A DNA stretch of 64,000 nucleotides from Kofleriaceae bacterium. Lineage in GTDB: Bacteria; Myxococcota_A; Polyangia; Haliangiales; Haliangiaceae. The DNA is taken from assembly GCA_048500355.1 (NCBI GenBank), contig JASNYD010000004.1, positions 64,001 to 128,000 of the forward strand, in the 5' to 3' direction. A program made the position numbers and the translations under genes. Position 1 is the stretch's first letter. The number at the start of each line of letters is the position of its first letter. This document shows, piece by piece, positions 11,633 through 23,383 of this stretch. The notes below the pieces were generated by a model. The model ran no database searches. It worked only from the letters and a program-made list of their open reading frames with translations, and was not told the origin of the DNA.

Positions 11633-12322
11633 ATGATCCGGCAGCTCTTCGACCAAGAGACCTCGACCTACACCTACCTGATCGCGGATCCCGCCGCCGG
11701 GGTCGCGGCGCTGGTCGACCCGGTGCGCGAGCACGTCGAGCGCGACCTGCAGCTCGTCCACGAGCTCGACCTCACCCTCACCCACGTCCTCGAGACCCAC
11801 GTCCACGCCGACCACGTCACCGCCGCCGGGCTCCTGCGCGAGCGCACCGGCGCCCGCACCCACGCCAGCGCCGCCGGCGCGCCGTGCGTCGACGTCCAGC
11901 TCCGTCACGGCGACGTGGTCCGGGTCGGCGACGTCGCCATCACCGCCCTCGCCACCCCCGGCCACACCGACGACAGCCTGTCGTTCCTGGTGCCGGGTGC
12001 GGTCTTCACCGGCGACGCCCTGCTCATCCGCGGCTGCGGCCGCGCCGACTTCCAGAACGGCGATCCCGGCCAGCTCCACGACTCGATCACCCGCGTCCTG
12101 TTCGCGCTGCCGCCGGAGACCGTGGTCTACCCCGGCCACGACTACAAGGGCCGGACGTCGTCGACGATCGGCGAGGAGCAGCGGTGGAACCCGCGCCTCG
12201 CCGGCAAGAGCCGCGACGAGTTCATCGCGCTCATGAACCAGCTCGGCCTGCCGCCGCCGCGCCACCTCGCGGTCGCCGTCCCCGCCAACCGCGCCTGCGG
12301 CGCCACCCCGGTGGCGTCGTGA
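11633..12322 (+). CDS. Persulfide dioxygenase (ETHE1-like MBL-fold sulfur dioxygenase)
   Basis: MIRQLFDQETSTYTYLIAD N-terminus characteristic of ETHE1/PDO. Metal motifs THVHADH and ATPGHTDDS. Alternative starts at 11615 or 11630. 11633 is preferred because it sits downstream of the -12 element. Confidence 0.85.
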   Translation: MIRQLFDQETSTYTYLIADPAAGVAALVDPVREHVERDLQLVHELDLTLTHVLETHVHADHVTAAGLLRERTGARTHASAAGAPCVDVQLRHGDVVRVGDVAITALATPGHTDDSLSFLVPGAVFTGDALLIRGCGRADFQNGDPGQLHDSITRVLFALPPETVVYPGHDYKGRTSSTIGEEQRWNPRLAGKSRDEFIALMNQLGLPPPRHLAVAVPANRACGATPVAS

Positions 12323-12375
12323 CCCCGCCGACCCTCGAGCCCCCCGAGCCCCCCGAGCCCACGGAGCCCGCGACC

Positions 12376-12735
12376 ATGCGCAACCCCAGCCCCTTCGAGC
12401 GCGGCACGCCCATGCCCGGCGGCTACCGCGACGTGTCCCCGGCCGCGACCCTCACCGCCCGCGGCCGCGCTCGCCTCGTCGACGTGCGCGAGCCCCACGA
12501 GTTCCACGGCGAGCTCGGGCGCATCCCGGGCGCGGAGCTGGTCCCGCTGGCCACGGTGCCGGCCCACGCCGGCGCCTGGGACCGGGACGCCGACATCATC
12601 TTGATCTGCCGCTCGGGCGCGCGCTCGGGGCGCGCCGCCGAGTTCCTGGCCCGCGCCGGCTTCCGCCGGGCGATGAACATGGCGGGCGGGATGCTCGCGT
12701 ACAATGCGGCCGGCCTGCCGGTCGAGAAGAGCTGA
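12376..12735 (+). CDS. Single-domain rhodanese-like sulfurtransferase
   Basis: Rhodanese domain with active-site loop ILICRSGARS. An alternative GTG start at 12319 overlaps the dioxygenase stop (GTGA) and would add a Pro/Glu-rich linker-like segment. Confidence 0.8.
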   Translation: MRNPSPFERGTPMPGGYRDVSPAATLTARGRARLVDVREPHEFHGELGRIPGAELVPLATVPAHAGAWDRDADIILICRSGARSGRAAEFLARAGFRRAMNMAGGMLAYNAAGLPVEKS

Positions 12736-12737
12736 CG

Positions 12738-13547
12738 ATGACGCCACCCGTGATCGCCCACACCACCGACCTCGGCGGCGAGGACCTGCCGGCGTTCGTG
12801 CATGCCGTGGCGCTGGCCGCGGCCAGCGGCGCGCGCCTGGTCACCGTGCACGGCAACGCGCCGCCCGAGGTCGCGGCCCGCCTCCCCGACGCCGCGCCGC
12901 TGGCCACGCGCTGGGGCAAGCAGGTGCGCCACGAGCGCCATTGCCACGAGTGCTGCGACGACGTCACCGACACCCTGCTCGACGCCCTGCGCTCGTTCGC
13001 GCCGGCCCTGGTGATCACGGGCAGCCACGCCCGCCACGGCCTGGGCGCGCTCCTCCACGGCAGCGTCAGCGAGGCGCTGGCCCGCAACCTCACCGTGCCG
13101 ACGCTCGTCGTCCCCAACCGGGCGCGCGGGTTCGCCGACGAGGCGACGGGGCGCGTCGACCTCGAGCGCATCCTGATCCCGGCCGCCGACGCCGCCACCG
13201 CCGAGATCGGGGTGGCGGCCGCGCGCACGCTCCTGGCCCTGGCCGGGGTCCGGACCGCCGAGCTCCTGCTCCTGCACGTCGGCGACGACGACCTGACCCC
13301 GCCGGCGGCCGGGGGCCTCGCCGTGCGCTCGCTGCGCGGTCGCGGCCGGCTCGAGGACGCGATCGTCGCCGCCGCCCGCGACCAGCATGCGTGCGCGATC
13401 GCGATGGCCACCCACGGCCACGACGGCCTGCTCGACTCGCTCTTCGGCTCCCACACCGAGCACGTGATCCACGACGCCCGATGCCCGGTGCTGGTGGCGC
13501 CGGTGGTGCCCGGCGCCGGGAGCGACGTCGCGGCGACGGTGCCGTGA
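12738..13547 (+). CDS. Universal stress protein (tandem UspA domains)
   Basis: Two Usp domains, each ending with GSHARHGLGALLHGSVSE...VPTLVV / ATHGHDGLLDSLFGSHTEHVIHDARCPVLV. Confidence 0.8.
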   Translation: MTPPVIAHTTDLGGEDLPAFVHAVALAAASGARLVTVHGNAPPEVAARLPDAAPLATRWGKQVRHERHCHECCDDVTDTLLDALRSFAPALVITGSHARHGLGALLHGSVSEALARNLTVPTLVVPNRARGFADEATGRVDLERILIPAADAATAEIGVAAARTLLALAGVRTAELLLLHVGDDDLTPPAAGGLAVRSLRGRGRLEDAIVAAARDQHACAIAMATHGHDGLLDSLFGSHTEHVIHDARCPVLVAPVVPGAGSDVAATVP

Positions 13548-13607
13548 TCGGCGCCGCGCCACGGTGACCGCCGCCGCGGCCGGCCGGGCTCTGCTAGGCT
13601 CGGCGCG

Positions 13608-14042
13608 ATGGTCGCTCCCGCCTGGTCCCGGATCGCGCTGGGCGCGGGGCTGGCGGCGTGCGGTGGTCCCGGCGCGCCGGCCACGCCGGCGCCGGCGGCC
13701 GCGCCCGACGCCGGCGTCCGCGCGATCGATCCGGCGCTGGTGCCCGAGCTCGCGGCCGGCCTCGAGGAGGTCCTGGCGACGATGGCGGCGATCACCGACG
13801 GCGCCGCCGACTGCCCGACGATGGCGCGCCAGCTCGGCGAGCTGTTCGACCGCAGCGCGCCGCTGTTCGAGCTGGCGCGTGGCCACGGCCAGGATCCCGA
13901 GGCCGGTCCGGCGCTGGTCGCCGCCCTCGACGCCCGGGCGGCGGTGGTGCAGCCGCTGGTCGAGCGCATCGCGCGCGGGCTCGGCCGCTGCCAGCTCGAT
14001 CCCGACGTGGCGGCGGTGATGGAGAGGATGCCGACGCTGTGA
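13608..14042 (+). CDS. Small lipoprotein, paralog family (DCP..A..L..L...PLF.ELARHG.DPE)
   Basis: Signal/lipobox ALGAGLAACGG. Shares conserved core (TDGAADCPTMARQLGELFDRSAPLFELARGHGQDPE) with the ORFs at 14039 and 18587. Confidence 0.5.
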   Translation: MVAPAWSRIALGAGLAACGGPGAPATPAPAAAPDAGVRAIDPALVPELAAGLEEVLATMAAITDGAADCPTMARQLGELFDRSAPLFELARGHGQDPEAGPALVAALDARAAVVQPLVERIARGLGRCQLDPDVAAVMERMPTL

Positions 14043-14557
14043 GCGCGAAGGCGACGATCGTCTCGCTGACCCTGAGCCTCGTCACCGGCGCGGCGCTCGC
14101 CGCCTGCCAGCCGCGCGACGACGCCGGTCCGCCGCCGCCCGCCTCCGGCGGCGCGCGCGACGACCGCGGGCCCGCGCCGCCGGCGGCGCCCGGCGCCGGC
14201 GCGGACGACGACGGTGGCGCGGCGGCGCCCGCCCCCGCGCCGGTCGACGCCGTGCTCGATCGCGCCCTGACCCTGGTCGAGCGCGTCGCCGAGGTCGCGG
14301 TCGGGCACGCCGACGACTGCGGCGCCCTGGCCGCCGCGCTCGACGCGCTCCTCACCGAGCACCAGCCGCTGTTCGACGAGCTCGCCCGCCACGGCGCCGA
14401 TCCCGAGGTCGAGCGCCGCACCCAGGCGTGGATGGCGACGCAGGCCCCGCGCCTCGACGGCGCCATGACCCGGGCCCGGCCCGCCCTCGAGCGCTGCCGC
14501 GGCGACGCGCGCCTGCGCGCGGTCTTCGACCGGCTCGCCGGGGTCGCGGCGCGCTGA
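14039..14557 (+). CDS. Small lipoprotein paralog (GTG start overlapping upstream stop as GTGA)
   Basis: VSAKATIVSLTLSLVTGAALAAC lipobox. Core HADDCGALAAALDALLTEHQPLFDELARHGADPEVE. Confidence 0.5.
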   Translation: MSAKATIVSLTLSLVTGAALAACQPRDDAGPPPPASGGARDDRGPAPPAAPGAGADDDGGAAAPAPAPVDAVLDRALTLVERVAEVAVGHADDCGALAAALDALLTEHQPLFDELARHGADPEVERRTQAWMATQAPRLDGAMTRARPALERCRGDARLRAVFDRLAGVAAR

Positions 14558-14632
14558 CCGCCGCGGCGCGCGCTCGACCGCCGCGGTGGCCACGCGGCCC
14601 CGCGGCGGCGCCGGTCGTGCGATGATGTCGGC

Positions 14633-17600
14633 ATGCACCTGGGCGAAGTCGTCGCAGGGCGCTTCGAGCTGCTGCGGCTGGCCCAGATCGGCGGCATGGG
14701 CGCGGTCTACCAGGCGCGCGACCGCATCACCCAGCACGAGGTCGCGGTCAAGCTGCTGCGCGCGCCCGGCGGCGTCCACGACGCCCGCTTCCTGCGCGAG
14801 GCCGCGCTGCTCGCCGAGCTCCGCCACCCGGTGATCGTCCGCCACATCGCCCACGGCCGCACGCCGTCGGGCGAGCTGTACATGGCGATGCAGTGGCTCG
14901 AGGGCGAGGACCTCGCCCGCCGCCTGCAGCGCGGCCCCCTCGCGCCGGCCGACGCCATCGACCTGGTGCGGCGGGTCGCCGACGGCCTGGCGCTGCTCCA
15001 CGCCCGCGGCGGCGTCCACCGCGACCTCAAGCCGTCCAACCTCTTCCTCGAGCATGGCGATCCGACCCAGGTCAAGATCCTCGACTTCGGCATCGCCCGC
15101 GCCACCGCCGCCCTCGCCCTGACCTCGACCGGCACCGTGCTGGGCACCCCCGGCTACACCGCGCCCGAGCAGGCGCGCGGCGCCCGCGACGTCGACACCC
15201 GCGCCGACGTGTTCTCGCTCGGCTGCGTGCTGTTCGAGTGCCTGACCGGCCGCGCGCCGTTCCGCGGCGACCACGTGATGGCGGTGCTGGCCAAGGTCCT
15301 GCTCGAGGATCCGCCGCGGCTGGTCGATGTCGCCCCCGACGCGCCGGCCGAGCTCGAGAGCCTGGTGGCGCGGCTGCTCGACAAGGACCCGGAGCGGCGG
15401 CCGCGCGACGCCGGCGAGGTCCGCGACATCCTCGACGCCGTGGTCCGGGCCACGCCCGGCCACCGCGTCCTCGGCCCGCTCACCCCCCGCCCGCTCGGCC
15501 TCGGCTCCGACGAGCAGCGCTTCATGTGCCTGGTCATGTGCGCGCGCGCCGGCGCCGGCGAGGTCAGCGTGGCCACGCCGGAGACCGTGTCGCTCGCCGC
15601 CCCGGTCGGCGACGACCCCACGCTCTCGCCGACGTCGCCCGAGCAGCTCCTCGACGGGCTGGCCGCGATGTGTCGCTCCCACGGCGCGCGGCTCGAGCCG
15701 CTGGTCGACGGCTCGTGGGTCGCGTTCGCCGCGCGCGGCGGCGCCCGCATGCCGCCCACCGATCAGGCGGCGCTGGTGGCGCGGGTGGCGCTGGCCATGG
15801 CCCAGGCCCTGCCCGACGCGCGGGTCGCGATGGCCTCGGGCCGCGGCGTCCAGGCCGGGCGCGCGCCGGTCGGCGAGGTCATCGATCGCGCGCTCGGCCT
15901 GGTCCGCGGCGGCACCCCGGGCGCGGTCCGGGTCGATCCGCTCACCGCCGGCCTCCTCGGCGGCGGCTTCGAGCTGCGCGACGAGGGCGACGGCCTGCGC
16001 CTGGTCGCGGAGAGCACGGCGGTGGCCGCGCCGCGCAAGGTGCTGGGTCGGCCCACGCCCTGCGTCGGCCGCGATCGCGAGCTGAGCGCGCTGGTCCAGC
16101 TCTTCGACGAGGTCGCCACCGAGCCGTGCGCCCGCGCCGTGCTGATCCGCGCGCCCGCCGGCCTCGGCAAGAGCCGGCTCCGCCGCGAGCTCCTGGCCCG
16201 CCTGCGCGGCCGCGGCGTCGCCTTCGAGTGGCTGCAGGCCAAGGGCGATCCGGTGCACACCGCCGCCCCGTTCGCGCTGGCCGGCCACGTCATCCGCGGC
16301 GCCGCCGGCATCACCGACGGCGAGCCGGTCGAGGTCGGCCGCACCCGCCTCGCCGAGCGGGTGGCGGCGGTGATCGCGCCCGCCGAGCGGGCGCGGGTCA
16401 CCGCGTTCCTCGGCGAGCTGGCCCACGTGCCGCCGCGCGCCGGCGATCCGGTGCTGGCGGCGGCGCGACGCGACGCCGTGGTGATGGGCGACCAGCTGCG
16501 CCGGGCCTGGGACGACTGGCTCGCCGCCGAGACCGCGCGCCGGCCGGTGGTGCTCGTCCTGGAGGACCTCCACGCCGGCGACCTGTCGAGCGTGAAGCTG
16601 TGCGACTCGGCGCTGCGCAACCTGCGCGAGCAGCCGCTCCTGGTCCTGGCCCTGGCCCGTCCCGAGGTCGACCTCATGTTCCCCGGCCTGTGGGCCGAGC
16701 GCGGCCTGGTCACGATCAACCTGTCCGAGCTGTCGCGGCGGGCCTCGACCCGCCTGGTCCACGAGCTGCTCGGCGAGGAGCTGCCGGCGGCGACGGTCGA
16801 CCGCGTCGTCGAGCAGGCCGGCGGCAACGCCTTCTTCCTCGAGGAGCTGTGCCGCATGGTCCACGACGGCGGCGACGAGCTGCCGGGCACGGTCCTGGCG
16901 GTGGCCCAGGCCCGGCTCGGCGGGCTCGACGCCGGCGCCCGCCGGCTCCTGCGCGCGGCCTCGATCTTCGGCGAGCGCTTCCCGCGCGACGGCGCGCTGG
17001 CGCTGTGGGGCGACGGCGACGACGGCGCGGCCCTCGATCGCCTGCTGACCGACCTGGTCGAGCGCGAGCTGATCGAGCCGGCGCCGGCGCGGGTCGCCGG
17101 CCAGGCCACCTACAGCTTCCGCCACGGCCTGGTCCGCGAGGCGGCCTACGCCATGCTCACCGATCGCGATCGGGAGCTCGGCCACCGCCTGGCGGCCGAG
17201 TGGCTGAGCGCGGCCGGGGTCAGCGACGACATCCTGCTCGCCGAGCACTTCGCGCGCGGCGGCGTCCCCGAGCGCGCGATCGACGGCTACCTGCGCGCGG
17301 CCCGCGACGCCCTCGAGGGCAACGACCTGGCCGCGGTCCTGGCGCGGGTCGAGCGCGGCCTGGCCTGCGGCGCGCGCGGCGCCGCCCTCGGCGAGCTGCT
17401 GGTGCTGCGCGCCGAGGCCCACCGCTGGCGCGCCGACTACACCGCGGCGATCGAGTCGGCGCAGCTCGCCCTCGCGGTCCTGCCCGCGGGCACGAGCGGC
17501 TGGTACACGGCGGCGACCCAGGCCATCACCGCCCTGGCGGCGGTGGCGGCCCACGATCGGCTCGACGAGCTCCTGGTGCGGGTGGCCGACGCCCCCGCCA

Positions 17601-18544
17601 CCGATCCGGTCGAGCGCGTGCGCGCGCTGGCGCGCGGCGTCGTCAACCTCTACCTCAGCGGCCGCTACGACCACGCCGACCAGCTCCTCGCCCACATCGA
17701 CCGCGAGGTGGCCGAGCACGGGCTCGAGCGCGAGCCGCTGGCCCTGGCCCGGGTGCTGGAGGCGCGCGCCTTCAGCGAGGGCGCCCGCGCCGAGCAGGGC
17801 CGCGCCCTCGCCCTGCTCGAGCAGGTGCTGGTCGAGCACGAGCGCGCCGGCGACCTGCGCTCGGCCTGCCTCGCCCGCAACAACCTCGGCTACACCTTCG
17901 TGCAGCTCGGCTGCTACGCCCGCGCCGCCGCGCTCCTCGAGGAGACCCTGCGCGACGCCGAGCGCATGGGGCAGCCCTTCATCTCGGTCCTCGCCCAGCA
18001 GAACCTGGGCGTGGCGCTGGGCTGCCTCGGCCAGCACGAGCGCGCCACCCGGGCCCTCACGTCCTCGCTCGCCGACTTCCAGCGCCAGGGCGATCTGCAC
18101 ATGGCCGCCGTCAGCCGGGTGTACCTGGCGGCGATCCACCTTCGCACCGGCGACGTCGCCGCGGCGCTGCGCGACGCCCAGCTCGCCGCCGAGACCCTGG
18201 TGCACACCCCGCCCTCGCACGCGCTCGCGCTCGCGGTGGCGGCCCAGGTCCACCTCGCGCGCGGCGAGCCCGGCCCGGCGCTGGCCGCGGCGCGCGAGGC
18301 CTACGCCATCCTCGAGTCGCTGGGTGGCCTCGACGAGGGCGAGCTCCTGATCCGGCTGGCGCAGGCGAGCGCGCTGGCCGCCGCCGGCCACGACGACGAG
18401 GCGCGGGCGGTGACCACGGTGGCGGTCCGGCGCCTGGACGAGCTGGCCGGCAAGCTGCCCCCCGCGCTGCGCGCCGACTACCTGGAGCGGGTGGCCGAGA
18501 ACGCGACCCTGCGCGCCCTCGCCCGCGAGCTCGGGGTGGCCTGA
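14633..18544 (+). CDS. Ser/Thr protein kinase fused to AAA/STAND NTPase and TPR-like repeats
   Basis: Kinase subdomains GMGAVYQA, VAVKLL, HRDLKPSNLF, DFG, TPGYTAPE. Downstream P-loop LIRAPAGLGKSRL. Long alpha-helical TPR-like C-terminus. The antisense 1931-aa ORF is spurious. Confidence 0.9.
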   Translation: MHLGEVVAGRFELLRLAQIGGMGAVYQARDRITQHEVAVKLLRAPGGVHDARFLREAALLAELRHPVIVRHIAHGRTPSGELYMAMQWLEGEDLARRLQRGPLAPADAIDLVRRVADGLALLHARGGVHRDLKPSNLFLEHGDPTQVKILDFGIARATAALALTSTGTVLGTPGYTAPEQARGARDVDTRADVFSLGCVLFECLTGRAPFRGDHVMAVLAKVLLEDPPRLVDVAPDAPAELESLVARLLDKDPERRPRDAGEVRDILDAVVRATPGHRVLGPLTPRPLGLGSDEQRFMCLVMCARAGAGEVSVATPETVSLAAPVGDDPTLSPTSPEQLLDGLAAMCRSHGARLEPLVDGSWVAFAARGGARMPPTDQAALVARVALAMAQALPDARVAMASGRGVQAGRAPVGEVIDRALGLVRGGTPGAVRVDPLTAGLLGGGFELRDEGDGLRLVAESTAVAAPRKVLGRPTPCVGRDRELSALVQLFDEVATEPCARAVLIRAPAGLGKSRLRRELLARLRGRGVAFEWLQAKGDPVHTAAPFALAGHVIRGAAGITDGEPVEVGRTRLAERVAAVIAPAERARVTAFLGELAHVPPRAGDPVLAAARRDAVVMGDQLRRAWDDWLAAETARRPVVLVLEDLHAGDLSSVKLCDSALRNLREQPLLVLALARPEVDLMFPGLWAERGLVTINLSELSRRASTRLVHELLGEELPAATVDRVVEQAGGNAFFLEELCRMVHDGGDELPGTVLAVAQARLGGLDAGARRLLRAASIFGERFPRDGALALWGDGDDGAALDRLLTDLVERELIEPAPARVAGQATYSFRHGLVREAAYAMLTDRDRELGHRLAAEWLSAAGVSDDILLAEHFARGGVPERAIDGYLRAARDALEGNDLAAVLARVERGLACGARGAALGELLVLRAEAHRWRADYTAAIESAQLALAVLPAGTSGWYTAATQAITALAAVAAHDRLDELLVRVADAPATDPVERVRALARGVVNLYLSGRYDHADQLLAHIDREVAEHGLEREPLALARVLEARAFSEGARAEQGRALALLEQVLVEHERAGDLRSACLARNNLGYTFVQLGCYARAAALLEETLRDAERMGQPFISVLAQQNLGVALGCLGQHERATRALTSSLADFQRQGDLHMAAVSRVYLAAIHLRTGDVAAALRDAQLAAETLVHTPPSHALALAVAAQVHLARGEPGPALAAAREAYAILESLGGLDEGELLIRLAQASALAAAGHDDEARAVTTVAVRRLDELAGKLPPALRADYLERVAENATLRALARELGVA

Positions 18545-18586
18545 TCGCCGGCTCGATCCAGGTCGACGCAGGCGCTAGACTGAGGC

Positions 18587-19039
18587 GTGCCGCGCCTCCT
18601 CGCCGCCCTCGCCCTCACCCTGCTGGCCCTCGCCTCGTGCTCGAAGCCCGGCCCCGCGCGGCCGCTGGCGCCGCTGCCCGAGCCGGGCGCGGGCCCCGAT
18701 CCCACCCCGGCGGCGGTGACGATCTCCGACGACGAGCTCGACGCGCTGATGCGCGAGACCGTGGCCTACCTGGGCAAGGTCGCGGCCGCGGTGCAGGGGG
18801 CGGGCACCGACTGCCCGGCCATGGCCGCCGGCATCGAGCGCGTGGTCGACGACCACGCGGCGCTGCTCGAGCGCGCGCGCACGCTCGACGACCCGTCGGT
18901 CGAGGACCGCTCGGAGAAGTGGCTCGACGCCCACGCCGCCGAGGTCAAGCCGATGTTCGAGACGCTGTTCCAGGCGCTCGAGCCCTGCGGCCAGGATCCG
19001 GCGGTGCAGGCCGCGGTCGAGAAGATGGGCGGGGCGTGA
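18587..19039 (+). CDS. Small lipoprotein paralog
   Basis: MPRLLAALALTLLALASCSK. Core GTDCPAMAAGIERVVDDHAALLERA...DPAVQAAVEKM. Confidence 0.55.
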   Translation: MPRLLAALALTLLALASCSKPGPARPLAPLPEPGAGPDPTPAAVTISDDELDALMRETVAYLGKVAAAVQGAGTDCPAMAAGIERVVDDHAALLERARTLDDPSVEDRSEKWLDAHAAEVKPMFETLFQALEPCGQDPAVQAAVEKMGGA

Positions 19040-19542
19040 GCCGGCGCGCGCCCCTGGCGTTCGGCGTGGCGTGGGTCGTGGCGTGCGGCGGGGCGCGCCC
19101 CGCGACGACCGCGCCGCCGGAGGCGCCGCCGGTCGCGTCCACGACCCCGACGCCCGCGGCGCCCGACGCGTCGGCCGCCGAGTCTCCGCCGCCGCCGCCC
19201 GATCCGCTGCTGGCCGCGCTCGACGCCCAGGTCGCGCTCTACGAGGCGATCGCCGCCCTGCCGTCCGGGGCGCCGTGTCGCGACGCCGCCGTCGCGATCG
19301 AGCGGCTGGTCGGCGAGCGCGCGGGCGCGCTCGCCGAGGTGCGGGCGGCCGCGATCGGCGAGCGGCGCGGCGAGGTCGATCGACGGTTCGAGGCGCTCTC
19401 GCCGCGGCTGGCCGCGGCCGCGATCGCGATCGACGCGCTGGTCCAGCGCTGCGCGGGCGAGGCCGCGGTCGCGATCGCGCTCGGTCGGCTGGCCGGCGAG
19501 GCCGCGCCCGGCGAGGCCGCGCCCGGCGAGGCGACGCGATGA
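19036..19542 (+). CDS. Small lipoprotein (GTGA-coupled to upstream gene)
   Basis: VSRRAPLAFGVAWVVACGG. Pro-rich linker, then helical region with ALPSGAPCRDAAVAIERLVGERAG. Confidence 0.5.
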   Translation: MSRRAPLAFGVAWVVACGGARPATTAPPEAPPVASTTPTPAAPDASAAESPPPPPDPLLAALDAQVALYEAIAALPSGAPCRDAAVAIERLVGERAGALAEVRAAAIGERRGEVDRRFEALSPRLAAAAIAIDALVQRCAGEAAVAIALGRLAGEAAPGEAAPGEATR

Positions 19543-20120
19543 GGCCGGGCGGACCGGACGCGGGGCGGGCGACGGTGGTGGCGATCATGATCGCCGTGGC
19601 CGCGGCCAGCGGGTGCAAGCAGCCGGCGGCGCCGGCCGCGCCGCCGCCGGGGCAGGAGCGCGGTGACTGCCGCGGCGACGGCGGCTGCGATCCCGGGCTG
19701 GAGTGCCGCTCCAACCTGTGCGTGCGGCCGCCGCCCGCCGACTGCGGCGCCATCGCCCGGGAGCTGTCGTACCTCCTCCTCGACAACTACGCCCCGCACG
19801 AGCGGCGCGACGCGTTCATCGCCGCCACCCGCGCCCGGTGCGAGGCGATGCAGCTCGGCCGCGACGACGGCGCGTGCCTGCTCGCCGCGCGCAGCCGCGC
19901 CGACCTCGCCGCCTGCCCGCGGCCCCTCGGGCTCGGCGACTGCGGGCGCGTGACCGCCCACCTCGAGGCGATGCGCGCCACCAGCGGCGTCGACGCCTAC
20001 CTGGTGACCGAGGCCGACCGCATCGTCGGCCGCTGCCGGAGCGAAGCGCCGTCACTCGCCTTCGAGCAGTGCGTCCTCGCCGCGCGCTCGTTCGACGACG
20101 TCGAACGCTGCGCCTGGTGA
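19539..20120 (+). CDS. Cys-rich small lipoprotein (ATGA-coupled to upstream gene)
   Basis: MRPGGPDAGRATVVAIMIAVAAASGCK. Many paired Cys (DCRGDGGCDPGLECRSNLC ... DCGRVTAHLE ... RCRSEA...ERCAW). Confidence 0.5.
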   Translation: MRPGGPDAGRATVVAIMIAVAAASGCKQPAAPAAPPPGQERGDCRGDGGCDPGLECRSNLCVRPPPADCGAIARELSYLLLDNYAPHERRDAFIAATRARCEAMQLGRDDGACLLAARSRADLAACPRPLGLGDCGRVTAHLEAMRATSGVDAYLVTEADRIVGRCRSEAPSLAFEQCVLAARSFDDVERCAW

Positions 20121-20157
20121 ACGACGCTGGGCGGGGCCTGGGTGTAGAGTCGTCGCC

Positions 20158-22037
<1,880 letters not shown>

Positions 22038-22041
<4 letters not shown>

Positions 22042-23342
22042 TCGCGGTCTTCGCGCTCCTCGCCCTGGCCGGCCTGATGCAGGCGGCGCGCAGCTTCGCC
22101 CCGGGCACGGTGGCCGCCGGCGGCACCGAGCTGGCGTTCGGCTTCCTGCTCCTGACCTCGTACTTCACCGGCAGGCTCTTCAACCGCATCGGCCTGCCCA
22201 AGCTCACCGGTTACATCGCCGCCGGCATCCTGGCCGGCCCCCAGGTCCTCGACCTCGTCGACAAGCCGATGATCGGCCAGCTCAAGCTGGTCGGCGGCGT
22301 CGCCACCGCGATCATCGCGCTCCAGGCCGGCGCCGAGCTCAACTTCCGCGCGGTGCGGCCGCTGTTCAAGGTGGTCCGCAACATCACGGTGCTGGCGATC
22401 TTCGGCACGATGGTGGCGCTGGCCGCGGTGCTGGTGCTCGTGCGCCCGCTGATCCCGTTCCTCGCCGAGCTCCCCTTCACCCACGCCCTGGTCGTGGCGT
22501 GCGCGCTCGGCATCGCGCTGTCGGCGCAGTCGCCGGCGGTGGTCATGGCGATGATCGGCGAGACCCGCTCCGAGGGCGTGCTCACCCGCACCATCCTGAC
22601 CCTGGTGATCGTGGCCGACCTCGCCGTGATCATCTCGTTCGGCATCGCCTCGGCCTCGGCGACCGCGGTCATGGGCGGCGACGTCGACGTCGGCGCGACC
22701 ATCGCCGGCATCGCGTGGGAGGTGCTGGGCTCGATCGGGGTCGGCACCTTCATCGGCCTCCTGCTGTCGGCCTTCCTGCTCTACGTCAACAAGGGCGTCG
22801 GGCTGTTCGCGGTGATGGTGTGCTTCGTGGTCGCCGAGATCGGCCACGCCGTCCACCTCGATCCGCTGATCATCGCGCTCACCGCCGGCGTCTGGCTCGA
22901 GAACGTGTCGCGCGCCGACGCCAAGCAGCTCCTGCGCAGCTTCGACGCCGCGTCCCTGCCGGTGTACCTGGTCTTCTTCGCCCTCGCCGGCGCCAAGCTC
23001 GACCTCGGCGCCCTCGCCGTCCTGGCGCTGCCGGTCGCGATCCTGGTCGTCACCCGCGCCGGCAGCTTCTTCGTCGGCTGCCGGGTCGCCACCGCCGGTC
23101 CCGACGTCGATCCGCTGGTCCGCCGCATGGCCTGGATGGGGCTCCTGCCCCAGGCCGGCCTCGCCCTCGCCCTCGCCGAGCTCGTCCGCCGCGCCTTCCC
23201 CGCCTTCGGCGACGCCGCCTTCGCCCTGGTCGTGGGCGTGGTCGCCACCAACGAGCTGGTGGCGCCGGTCATCCTCCGCATCGCGCTGCTGCGCAGCGGC
23301 GAGGCCGGCCGCCGCGAGGGCGGCGACGCGTCCGCCCACTGA
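22038..23342 (+). CDS. Cation:proton antiporter (CPA/Na+-H+ exchanger family)
   Basis: GTG start overlapping upstream stop (GTGA). LFNRIGLPKLTGYIAAGILAGPQVLDLV is the classic CPA N-terminal motif. ~12 TM. Confidence 0.8.
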
Positions 23343-23383
23343 CGCCGACCCGACCCGTGGCCTGAGCCGCCCCGCCGCGCGGC

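Noticed and set aside
12596-18391. 1931-aa minus-strand ORF (and 12423..13886, 14707..15147, 15763..17109)
   Set aside because: Antisense to the unmistakable UspA, lipoprotein and Ser/Thr-kinase genes. Low-complexity Ala/Arg/Gly-rich translation typical of high-GC antisense frames. No recognisable motifs.
14893-19542. 1549-aa plus-strand ORF in another frame across the kinase
   Set aside because: Arg/Pro/Ala-rich nonsense across the kinase. Only its last 169 codons (19036-19542) correspond to a plausible lipoprotein gene.
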